NCBI GenBank assembly: GCA_965223325.1
Contig: CBDCWI010000001.1
Location: 736,001 to 800,000 of the forward strand
Length of the DNA stretch: 64,000 nt
Reading direction: 5' to 3'
Origin: Candidatus Multivoradales bacterium
Lineage (GTDB): Bacteria > Acidobacteriota > Thermoanaerobaculia > Multivoradales > Multivoraceae
Shown here piece by piece: positions 38,464-46,403 of the stretch (position 1 is its first letter; each line of letters starts with the position of its first letter). The notes below the pieces were generated by a model, which was given only the letters and a program-made list of their open reading frames with translations, searched no databases and was not told the DNA's origin. A program made the position numbers and the translations under genes.

Positions 38464-39751
38464 CCAGAACAACCGTTCCATCGAAGCCAGGAATCCGCCG
38501 CGCGCGACGTATCAGAGAAGTCCGACGTCGCAACTGCAGGGCGAGCGCCAACCGCCAAAGGGCGGCCCCACGGACCGCTTGCGCGGCAAAGGTGACGTTA
38601 GCTGGCCCCGTGGTAAACGCCTCGCCAACAGCGCCAGGTCGCCACTCCAATAGCGCCACGTTCCCAACCAAGGCCCACGTCGAGAAGGCCGAAAACCACG
38701 CTGCCAGCTAGGACACGGCCCTCCCAGAACCGTCGTTCCATCGAAGCCAGGAATCCGCCGCGCGCGACGTATCAGAGAAGTCCGACGTCGCAACTGCAGG
38801 GCGAGCGCCAACCGCCAAAGGGCGGCCCCACGGACCGCTTGCGCGGCAAAGGTGACGTTAGCTGGCCCCGTGGTAAACGCCTCGTCAACAGTGCCAGGTC
38901 GCCACTCCAATAGCGCCACGTTCCCAACCAAGGCCCACGTCGAGAAGGCCGAAAACCACGCTGCCAGCTAGGACACGGCCCTCCCAGAACCGTCGTTCCA
39001 TCGAAGCCAGGAATCCGCCGCGCGCGACGTATCAGAGAAGTCCGACGTCGCAACTGCAGGGCGAGCGCCAACCGCCAAAGGGCGGCCCCACGGACCGCTT
39101 GCGCGGCAAAGGTGACGTTAGCTGGCCCCGTGGTAAACGCCTCGCCAACAGCGCCAGGTCGCCACTCCAATAGCGCCACGTTCCCAACCAAGGCCCACGT
39201 CGAGAAGGCCGAAAACCACGCTGCCAGCTAGGACACGGCCCTCCCAGAACCGTCGTTCCATCGAAGCCAGGAATCCGCCGCGCGCGACGTATCAGAGAAG
39301 TCCGACGTCGCAACTGCAGGGCGAGCGCCAACCGCCAAAGGGCGGCCCCACGGACCGCTTGCGCGGCAAAGGTGACGTTAGCTGGCCCCGTGGTAAACAC
39401 CTCGCCAACAGCGCCAGGTCGCCACTCCAATAGCGCCACGTTCCCAACCAAGGCCCACGTCGAGAAGGCCGAAAACCACGCTGCCAGCTAGGACACGGCC
39501 CTCCCAGAACCGTCGTTCCATCGAAGCCAGGAATCCGCCGCGCGCGACGTATCAGAGAAGTCCGACGTCGCAACTGCAGGGCGAGCGCCAACCGCCAAAG
39601 GGCGGCCCCACGGACCGCTTGCGCGGCAAAGGTGACGTTAGCTGGCCCCGTGGTAAACGCCTCGCCAACAGCGCCAGGTCGCCACTCCAATAGCGCCACG
39701 TTCCCAACCAAGGCCCACGTCGAGAAGGCCGAAAACCACGGGGCCAGCTAA
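38464..39751. repeat. Tandem array of about five 260-bp near-identical non-coding units
   Basis: 'tcgaagccag' recurs at 38481, 38741, 39001, 39261 and 39521. The only internal differences are at 38885, 38892 and 39399; the ends are slightly diverged. Confidence 0.97.
39639..39750. mobile_element. MITE-like module (108 bp with terminal inverted repeats, flanked by TA), present in each repeat unit; perfect copy here
   Basis: TA-GCTGGCCCCGTGGT...ACCACGGGGCCAGC-TA. The full inverted repeat is 17 bp (39638-39654 / 39735-39751). No transposase in the window. Confidence 0.45.
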
Positions 39752-40449
39752 TAGATCCCGGGGATGAGACCGGCCACCCGCTGCTGGTAGCGCTGGAACT
39801 CGTGCCGGAACATCTGCTCGAGGCAGCGGTCTTCGAGCCCGATGCGTACGATCGAGAGCGGCAAGAGCACCAGGCCAGCGACCACTACCGCAATGCGGCT
39901 CTGCAACAGAATCGCAGCGCCGAAGACGATGAACAGGTTGCCCGCCTCCGAGGGGTGACGCACGATGCCGTAGATGCCGGTCTGTCGCAGCGGCTGCCCA
40001 ATGCGCACCTGAATCCCGCTCACGAAGTACTTGCCGAGCTGGATCCCGGCGACGAAACGCAACAGCACTCCGACCGCCATGAACAGGGCGCCGCTCGCAG
40101 CGAGCAAGCTGAGGGTTGAGGTCCCCGCTGCAGCGTGCTCGAGAACCGCAATCATCAACGCGGCTCCGATCGAAAGCGCAGCGGCAAAGGTCACAAAGCG
40201 GGCCGAGCGACCGTCGACCTTGCGCAGGGTCTCGACGTCATCGGGGCCGCGCAGAACCGCCGGCGTGTCGGCGAGCAGAAAGAGCGTCGCCAGTAGAAGG
40301 AACAGACCCATCGGCACGTCGATCAGTCTTTGATGGCCGAACCAGACGACCGCAGGCAGGACCAGAAGAACGGCGTGCAAGAGAGATCCCAGGCCGGCGG
40401 CCAGCAACACACTCGTTCGAGGGGTGGCGGCGCTGCCCCTCGTCATCAC
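39748..40449 (-). CDS. Isoprenylcysteine carboxyl methyltransferase (ICMT/PEMT) family membrane protein
   Basis: Multiple TM helices; 'TGIYGIVRHPSE.G', 'LEDRCL..MF..EFQRYQQRV..LIP'. Confidence 0.85.
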   Translation of the reverse strand: MMTRGSAATPRTSVLLAAGLGSLLHAVLLVLPAVVWFGHQRLIDVPMGLFLLLATLFLLADTPAVLRGPDDVETLRKVDGRSARFVTFAAALSIGAALMIAVLEHAAAGTSTLSLLAASGALFMAVGVLLRFVAGIQLGKYFVSGIQVRIGQPLRQTGIYGIVRHPSEAGNLFIVFGAAILLQSRIAVVVAGLVLLPLSIVRIGLEDRCLEQMFRHEFQRYQQRVAGLIPGIY

Positions 40450-41057
40450 TGAACCTCGGTCACTGCGGCAAGCACGCCGCGGAAGTTGGCCTGGGACATT
40501 TGCAGCGTGTCAGCCACTTCCTGCAGAACCTCGAGCTCGCGTCGGGCGATCAGACCGTCGTGGAAGGCCACTTCACACGCCACCCGCATGACCTGTTCCT
40601 TGCCGTGCGCGTTCAAACGACCGGCCACCTCCGACAGGAGTTCCCGAACCAGACCCTCGCGGGGGGAAATCGAGGCGATCTCTTCTTCCAGCGCCGCGAG
40701 ATCGATCTCGATGCCGGTTGCCATGAGTGACATCTCGCAGACCCTTTCGAGCCGAGGACGATTCTCCTGTGCTTCGGAGACCAGAACCACCGCCAGGACA
40801 CCGCGGAGCGCCCGGCTCAGTTCGCTCTCGAAAGTCTCTCTGTCGTAGTGCAGAACGTCATCGCGAAAGGTCTCACGACAGACCGGGCATTCGACGTACT
40901 CGCCGAGAACATCGAGCGGCAGCACGGGAACGAAGTAGAGCGTGAAGAAGCGGCGGGTTCGCTGGCGCATGTAGTCCTGTGGGCTCTCGCAACGGGGGCA
41001 ATGGAATCGACCACGGTCCGTCGTATAGGTCACACCGCGCGTACCGAAAATCACCAT
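40446..41057 (-). CDS. Zinc-ribbon + TerB-like domain protein
   Basis: 'MVIFGT', CPRC, 'FFTLYFVPVLP', CPVC; C-terminal 'VAFHDG....E..VL..VA..L'; 4-bp overlap with the ICMT gene. Confidence 0.75.
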   Translation of the reverse strand: MVIFGTRGVTYTTDRGRFHCPRCESPQDYMRQRTRRFFTLYFVPVLPLDVLGEYVECPVCRETFRDDVLHYDRETFESELSRALRGVLAVVLVSEAQENRPRLERVCEMSLMATGIEIDLAALEEEIASISPREGLVRELLSEVAGRLNAHGKEQVMRVACEVAFHDGLIARRELEVLQEVADTLQMSQANFRGVLAAVTEVQ

Positions 41058-41251
41058 GGTGAAGAGGGCTCCAGAAGGAAAACAAGCTAAATGCCGCGAT
41101 CGACCGGGCCGCAGCGATCGAGGAATAGTATCCTCAGATGGCTATATATGCAAGATTCCCTACCTTCCGGGGAATCGAGTGCCGCGAGCCGCTAGTGCCT
41201 CCGCTCACCAGCCGACGACCGGCCGGCGCGCGGGAGTTGGTGGCGGGGGAC

Positions 41252-42166
41252 TCAGACCGGAACGGAGCGTGTCGGGAAGCGCACTAGCCTCGGTCGAGGG
41301 CGTGCGCTCTCCCGTTCCGGCCGAATCCAGGCGTTACAGCGTTCGAGAAGGTGGGCCAACGCCGGGAGGCTGTGATGACGTGCAGGGCTTCCCGAAGATG
41401 GCTGCTCTTCGAAGGTGAAAAAGCCGTCTTCGAGCTCGAGCGCCGTGCCCACGATCGCCTCGGCCTGCGTCGCCAGCGTTCGTTCGAGGGCGCGTCGTTC
41501 GAGACAGCGCGCCTCGAGCAGCAGATCACCAAGAGAACGCGAGGGTCGTTCTAGTGCCTGACGGCGGAGGGCGCACAGGACATCGTCGGCGCCGGCAAGA
41601 CCCTGGCGGACCAACAGGTCACCCAATCTGGGGCCGCCGTCTTCACGTGCCGATGCGACCGAACCGGCGGCGACCCGCAAAACGACGGTGCGCTGGCGCG
41701 AGATGAACGAGACTCGACCGCTCTTGCCCGATCGCGCCAGCGCCGACAAGAGACGGGCGGCAGTCTGCCCCTCGAGGGCACCAGTCACGCGTAGCGGACC
41801 TGACGGTCCCGCCGTCTCCTCGCGCGCAGGCGACGGCTCCGGGTCCGTCGCCCCGGACTGACGAGGGTGCTCGAGCGCCGGCGGACGCCCTGCGGGCTCC
41901 GGCTCTCGGGGTCCCCTCGGAGGGGCTGCTTCGAGTTCATAGCCCACTCCGGGCTCGAGGTCGAGCACCAGTCCATCACCGGCGTAATCCGTCGCGTCGG
42001 GTTGTCGTTCATGGGCCAAGAGCCAGCTCGTCGCGTCAACGAACGAGTGGTCGTCGTCTCGCCGGGCCCAGCCCAGCCGGAGGGCGAATGAACGGAGACG
42101 GTCGGCAACGGAACGCTCGGACTCGGGGTGTCGCTTCTTCAATTCTTGATCCCGCAGTATCGACAT
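41252..42166 (-). CDS. DUF4388-domain protein
   Basis: 'GALEG....LLSALARSGKSGRV', 'RLGDLLVRQG', 'SLGDLLLE', 'GFFTFE'; start re-assigned to MSILRD. Confidence 0.7.
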   Translation of the reverse strand: MSILRDQELKKRHPESERSVADRLRSFALRLGWARRDDDHSFVDATSWLLAHERQPDATDYAGDGLVLDLEPGVGYELEAAPPRGPREPEPAGRPPALEHPRQSGATDPEPSPAREETAGPSGPLRVTGALEGQTAARLLSALARSGKSGRVSFISRQRTVVLRVAAGSVASAREDGGPRLGDLLVRQGLAGADDVLCALRRQALERPSRSLGDLLLEARCLERRALERTLATQAEAIVGTALELEDGFFTFEEQPSSGSPARHHSLPALAHLLERCNAWIRPERESARPRPRLVRFPTRSVPV

Positions 42167-42319
42167 GTCGGAGGATCTTCGACCGGGCAGTGGAACTCTG
42201 GCGCGACGTGCCTGGTGACACGCATCGATACACCGAACCCCCAACCGCTTGTTGAGTCGCGTCAGGATGAACACATCCTGCTGGTGCAGGAGCCCGGCGG
42301 TTGTCGTATTGACTACCAG

Positions 42320-42335
42320 TGCAAAGGGCCTGCCA
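42320..42335 (-). promoter_or_regulatory. Sigma-54 (-24/-12) promoter motif
   Basis: Minus strand TGGCAGGCCCTTTGCA: GG-N10-GC, matching TGGCA-N6-TTGCA; about 150 bp upstream of the DUF4388 gene. Confidence 0.6.
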
Positions 42336-42663
42336 GGCGGCGCGGGTCTGGCTCGTCGGGGCCTCGCTCGAACCGAATGCAGCGCGCTTGACCAAGCGAG
42401 GAGCCTCAGGCGCGGTGGGAGCTCTCCAGGATGGCCAGCGCGTGATCGAGCCGCCGCATCTCACGGGTCAGACACAGAACAGCCTGCGGCCGACCGATCG
42501 GTGGCCGACGAATAGGACCACTGAGGAGCTCTGCAACCTGCTGCAGGGCGACCTGGCCACCACGTTCTGCCCATCGGGGGGCACTGGGCGGCATCGGTGC
42601 CTGGGCGGGCCGATGATCGCGCGGCTTCGAGACGACGGAAGACAGTTCGGAGAGTGTCATCGT

Positions 42664-43332
42664 TCAAGCCCCCGCCAGCGCACGACGGAAACCGTCGGTG
42701 GTGACCACTCGATGTACCGCTTCGAGCAGCGCCTCCGAAAGCGCTTCGACATAGGTATCGCGCTCGAAGGAACGCCCGAAGCGCCGTGTGACTCCTCCCG
42801 TTGTGCCGAGGAACCTGGTCTTTCCGAGAGGGTCCGTGGCACGTAGAAGCAGGCCGACCTCGCCCAGGTAGGAGCGATCCTCAGTCACAAACAGCCGTCG
42901 CACTTCTCCACTCAGAACGATGTCGCCGCCGCTCTCGACGACCTCGAGCCCCATTTCCTCCAGGACCAGTCGCACATGCGAAGCGGCCCAATCGGCGACG
43001 TCGTCCTGGGTCGTCACGGGCTGCACGACACCGTCCTCCGCCCAGGTTCGGTTCTCGCCAACCAGGGCCGGGTTCGCTCGGCGATCAACAAAGTCGGCGA
43101 CCTCGATCCGCATCTGTCCCCACCCGGTGAGATCGATCGGCCCGAGTTCGGCGAGCTCCGTCACCGGGCGCCAGGACAAATCGAGTTCTCCCAAGACGCT
43201 TCCCATGTCGCGTCCAGCGAGCGCGTTCTGCATCGAAACCACGTGGGTCAAGGCTGCGAGCATGAACAAGGTCACCGCGAGGATGGTGATCGATCGTTCC
43301 TGTTGGTCCAGGTCGGTGGAATCGGCTTTCAT
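42664..43332 (-). CDS. Hypothetical exported/membrane-anchored protein (YajG-like alpha/beta pattern)
   Basis: N-terminal hydrophobic segment; 'VADFVDRR', 'VLSGEVRRLFV'. Confidence 0.6.
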   Translation of the reverse strand: MKADSTDLDQQERSITILAVTLFMLAALTHVVSMQNALAGRDMGSVLGELDLSWRPVTELAELGPIDLTGWGQMRIEVADFVDRRANPALVGENRTWAEDGVVQPVTTQDDVADWAASHVRLVLEEMGLEVVESGGDIVLSGEVRRLFVTEDRSYLGEVGLLLRATDPLGKTRFLGTTGGVTRRFGRSFERDTYVEALSEALLEAVHRVVTTDGFRRALAGA

Positions 43333-43400
43333 GACAGGACAGGCTCCGGTGTGCGCGAGGAAGGAAGCCCCAGAGCAAACAGAGGGGCCGCTCTGTCTTG

Positions 43401-43471
43401 AAACTAGTTTAACTAGTGTATCGTGTCAACCTCCTTAATTCCTTTTTTCGATTATATCTCGTATATAATCG
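43401..43471. promoter_or_regulatory. AT-rich divergent promoter with two palindromic operator candidates
   Basis: ACTAGT-TTA-ACTAGT (43403-43417) and CGATTATAT-N5-ATATAATCG (43449-43471); the latter contains TATAAT. Confidence 0.55.
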
Positions 43472-43504
43472 GAACCCCGATCGGCAGCCGCCGTCGCAAG
43501 CGCC

Positions 43505-43690
43505 ATGAACACACGCTCAGCCCAGCAAACCACCAGCCCCGAGGATCTCGCTCGGGGGGGCAAGCGTTCCCGGCTGGTTGGCGCCGCCGCGACCCTGATC
43601 GCAGTCGCCGCCTGCTGCCTGGCCGGCCAGCCGGCCCTCGGAGTCCTCAGCGGCATGATCGTCGGTGGCATCGTGCTCCTGGTCTCCTGA
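43505..43690 (+). CDS. Small hydrophobic protein (61 aa)
   Basis: ATG about 35 bp after a TATAAT; two short hydrophobic segments. Confidence 0.55.
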   Translation: MNTRSAQQTTSPEDLARGGKRSRLVGAAATLIAVAACCLAGQPALGVLSGMIVGGIVLLVS

Positions 43691-43721
43691 GGGGAAACGC
43701 TGGGGAGCACGAATCCCTCTG

Positions 43722-44107
43722 CTAGCGCGCGTCGCGAATCGCGGTGCCGAGCGCCGCGGCACTCTCAGCGACGGCAGCACGGTCTTCGAGAAAGCGTGAG
43801 AGCTGGAAGAAGGCATGCATCATGCCGTCGAAGCGGTGCACGGTGACCGGCACACCTGCCTCACACAACTTGCGACCGTAGGCCTCGCCTTCGTCGCGAA
43901 GCGGATCGAACGCGGCGGTAGTGATGAAAGCCGGTGGCAGATCAGCCAACGAGGCCGCCAGGATCGGCGATGCACGATCGTCGTCTCGAGCTGCGGCGTC
44001 GGGAAGATAGCTCGGGGGTCTGTTCCGCTATCGGAGGGACCTGGTTCAGAGCGGCGACAGCGAGCTGAGCGTCAACGAACTTCTGCGCATCTGGGGTGAA
44101 GCGGCAT
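43722..44107 (-). pseudogene. Internally deleted, frameshifted HSL-family alpha/beta hydrolase (esterase/lipase)
   Basis: GGAGG + ATG 44107 gives MPLHP, a frameshift, then DAQKFVDAQ...EQTPE. This is joined out of frame to YLPDAAARDDDRASPI...LPPAFITTAAFDPLRDEGEAYG...GMMHAF. No HGGG or GDSAG motif. Confidence 0.8.
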
Positions 44108-44181
44108 CGAGACGACCTCCGCGAGTTGAACGTCCGCCCGGTAGCGGCGCTCCACCCTACCGCGCGGTGGCTCCCCGATGA

Positions 44182-45183
44182 TTACGTCGGGGCAAGTGCC
44201 GGAGTCAGCTTGCCAACCGCCACCAGCGCGCTTCGGCCGCCGACTCCGACCGCGGTCACCCGCCCACTCTGTTTCCGGGCGCTTGCCCAGAGCTGACTCG
44301 GGCGGCCCATCTCGATCCCCTGGTGCAGAAGCCATTCGAAGTCGCCGTCGGGCGCCGCCTCGAGACTGGCCAGGAGACCGGCCAACACACAAGCGGCGCT
44401 GCCGGTCGCGGGGTCCTCAGTGACGCCCGCCCCGGGCGCGAACATACGCACGCGCAGGTCGGGCCCTTCTTCCGAGTCAGCCGGGATGCCAACCTCACGC
44501 GTATACAGGCTGATCCCGGTCGGCACCAACGCGCCCGGCTCATCCAGCGGACCTCCAAGAGCAGCGCCGAGCAGCGCTGGCGAAGGTGTTGCGCGAGCGA
44601 GCGCCGCCAGCGTGGCGACTTCGGCGACCCCGAAACTGACCCCCGAGCGCACCTGGCAGGGCGGGTGAAGCGACGTCACCAGGTCGCGTTCCTCTAGACC
44701 AACTGCCGCTGCGACCGCCGGCACTTCGAGGTCCGCGAGACGTTCGAACCCCTGTGGCGCAGTCAGCCGACAGAAACCCGGGCGCCAGCCGACTTTGCCC
44801 TCTTCGAGCTCGACCTCGATCGGCACCAGGCCGGCGTCTTCGTCGAAGGTCACCGTGACGCGTGGCGGCTGCCCCCCGTTCGCCGGGTGCACTCCGAGTT
44901 CCTCGGGATCGAGGTAGCCGGCCTCGAGAAGCGCGAAGGCGGTTCCCAGGTTCGGGTGACCGGCAAACGGTAACTCGAGCTCGGGCGTGAAGATCCGCAC
45001 GCGGCGATTGGCGTCATTGCGATGCGACGGAAGAACGAAGGTCGTTTCGGAAAAGTTGAGCTCCTTGGCAATCGGTTGCAGCAGCTCAACCGGTATGCCC
45101 TCGGCTTGCGGAAAGACTGCCAGCTGATTCCCAGCCAGGGCCTGGTGGGTAAAGACGTCGACTAGCAGGAAGGCGGGATTCAC
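44182..45183 (-). CDS. PhzF-family (phenazine biosynthesis-like) isomerase
   Basis: 'VDVFT..ALAGNQLAV', 'NFSETTF', 'RIFTP..ELPFAGHP', 'EDPATGSA', 'QGIEMGRPS'; GTGA overlap with the msrB stop. Confidence 0.9.
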   Translation of the reverse strand: MNPAFLLVDVFTHQALAGNQLAVFPQAEGIPVELLQPIAKELNFSETTFVLPSHRNDANRRVRIFTPELELPFAGHPNLGTAFALLEAGYLDPEELGVHPANGGQPPRVTVTFDEDAGLVPIEVELEEGKVGWRPGFCRLTAPQGFERLADLEVPAVAAAVGLEERDLVTSLHPPCQVRSGVSFGVAEVATLAALARATPSPALLGAALGGPLDEPGALVPTGISLYTREVGIPADSEEGPDLRVRMFAPGAGVTEDPATGSAACVLAGLLASLEAAPDGDFEWLLHQGIEMGRPSQLWASARKQSGRVTAVGVGGRSALVAVGKLTPALAPT

Positions 45184-45635
45184 CCTTCGTCCTCGGGCTC
45201 GAAGCGAAGAGCGACACCGTTGTTGCAGAAACGCTGGCCGGTCGGCTGCGGGCCGTCTGCGAAGACGTGACCCTGGTGACCGCCACAACGTACGCAGTGG
45301 TACTCGGTGCGAGGAACCACGAGCTTCCAGTCACGACGTGTCTCCAGGCGCCCCGGCAGCGCGGTATGGAAACTCGGCCAACCGGTACCACTGTCGTACT
45401 TGGCATCCGAGTGAAAGAGCGCCAGGCCACACCCGGCGCAGCGAAACACCCCACGGCGCTTCTCGAGGTTGAGCGCCGAGGTACCGGCAGGTTCAGTTCC
45501 TTCACGACGTAAGACCTGATAGGCGGCCGGCTCGAGCTCCGCCCGCCACTCTTCGTCGCTCTTGGTGATTGGTGCCAGCTCCTCCTCGTCGCTCGAGGCG
45601 GCGGTGGCCCTGCGATCGTCAACAGGCTCGGTCAT
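45180..45635 (-). CDS. msrB: Peptide-methionine (R)-S-oxide reductase
   Basis: 'GTE', CAGC, 'KYDSGTGWPSF', 'RTE..C.RCGGHQGHVF.DGP.PTGQRFCNN'; start at MTEPVDD inferred. Confidence 0.92.
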   Translation of the reverse strand: MTEPVDDRRATAASSDEEELAPITKSDEEWRAELEPAAYQVLRREGTEPAGTSALNLEKRRGVFRCAGCGLALFHSDAKYDSGTGWPSFHTALPGRLETRRDWKLVVPRTEYHCVRCGGHQGHVFADGPQPTGQRFCNNGVALRFEPEDEG

Positions 45636-45641
45636 TTTGGT

Positions 45642-45717
45642 CGTTCCCATCTTCGGAGGTAGTTCCCATCTTCGGAGGTTCTTTCCATCTTCGGAGGTTC
45701 TTTCCATCTTCGGAGGT
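45642..45717. repeat. 4 x 19-bp tandem repeat (minisatellite) just upstream of msrB
   Basis: cgttcccatcttcggaggt / agttcccatcttcggaggt / tctttccatcttcggaggt / tctttccatcttcggaggt, plus a degenerate fifth copy. Confidence 0.92.
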
Positions 45718-45963
45718 TCGTCCCCTCCGGTAGGTCGCTGGCTTCCGCAGGGTCGGGGCCATGCTAGACCGCAGCCGCCCGGCGATTGGTCCTGGCACCA
45801 GCCTTGCGATGTCTGGTGGTTGTTGGAGCGTCGCACACGGTGGGCAGCAGGTTCCGCCAAACGACTCGCAGCGAGCCGCCGAAACCTGCGAATCCTCCCG
45901 CGTCGTTTCGGTGCGGCCCATGCCCCGTTTCTTTCCCGTTTGCTCTCCGAAGGAGTCCCCGCA

Positions 45964-46335
45964 GTGATTGACTTCAAAGATGCCCTCCCAGAGTTCTACG
46001 CTGAAATCAAGGCCGGCCTTGTTGCCTCAGGGAACCCCGACCTCGCGCGTGCCCTGGCGGCGCACAAGATTGCCCGTCAGAACTGGAACGCCCATCACGG
46101 CCGTATCGGGCTGGTGCCCGGTCCACCGCTGCCCGCCAACAGCAACTCCGTGCAAAGAGCTTCTAAATCAGGCGTCTTTCGCTGGTTGGACGTGAGCGTG
46201 TCGCGCGGCACGGTCGAAGTGCACCTCGATGGGGAGGACCGAGTCGCCGGACTCGAGGTGTTCAATCGGGCCGACGTGGCCGCCGCCCTCGCGCGCGCCG
46301 GCGTCCCCGAGGCGCCGATCGCGGCAACGATCTGA
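45964..46335 (+). CDS. Hypothetical protein (123 aa)
   Basis: AAGGAG at 45950-45955 precedes the GTG; fills the gap before the desaturase. Confidence 0.6.
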   Translation: MIDFKDALPEFYAEIKAGLVASGNPDLARALAAHKIARQNWNAHHGRIGLVPGPPLPANSNSVQRASKSGVFRWLDVSVSRGTVEVHLDGEDRVAGLEVFNRADVAAALARAGVPEAPIAATI

Positions 46336-46403
46336 TCGTCCCTCGACCGTCGCCAGGGCCCTCATGGCCGGCAGGGTCGGCTGGGAGGATTTGGTAGGTT
46401 CCC

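Noticed and set aside
38590-38720. Integron attC sites (GTTAGCT / AGCTAAC-like cores)
   Set aside because: The partner arm reads AGCTAGG or AGCTAAT rather than AAC, I could not find L-box pairing, and there are no cassette ORFs or integrase.
38512-39711. Repeated 139-aa minus-strand ORFs in the array
   Set aside because: Each spans 1.6 units and overlaps the next in another frame, a consequence of the 260-bp period; no RBS or protein-like features. A short peptide cannot be fully excluded.
38464-39751. CRISPR array interpretation of the tandem repeat
   Set aside because: Units are 260 bp and essentially identical, with no unique spacers and no cas genes.
42406-42667. Small overlapping minus-strand ORFs (68 and 84 aa) after the 42664 gene
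   Set aside because: No recognisable motif in any frame; cannot tell a real or frameshifted gene from noise.
45636-45977. N-terminal extension of MsrB given by the ORF track (265 aa)
   Set aside because: The extension is low-quality sequence crossing the minisatellite and overlapping the divergent gene start; homology begins near MTEPVDD.
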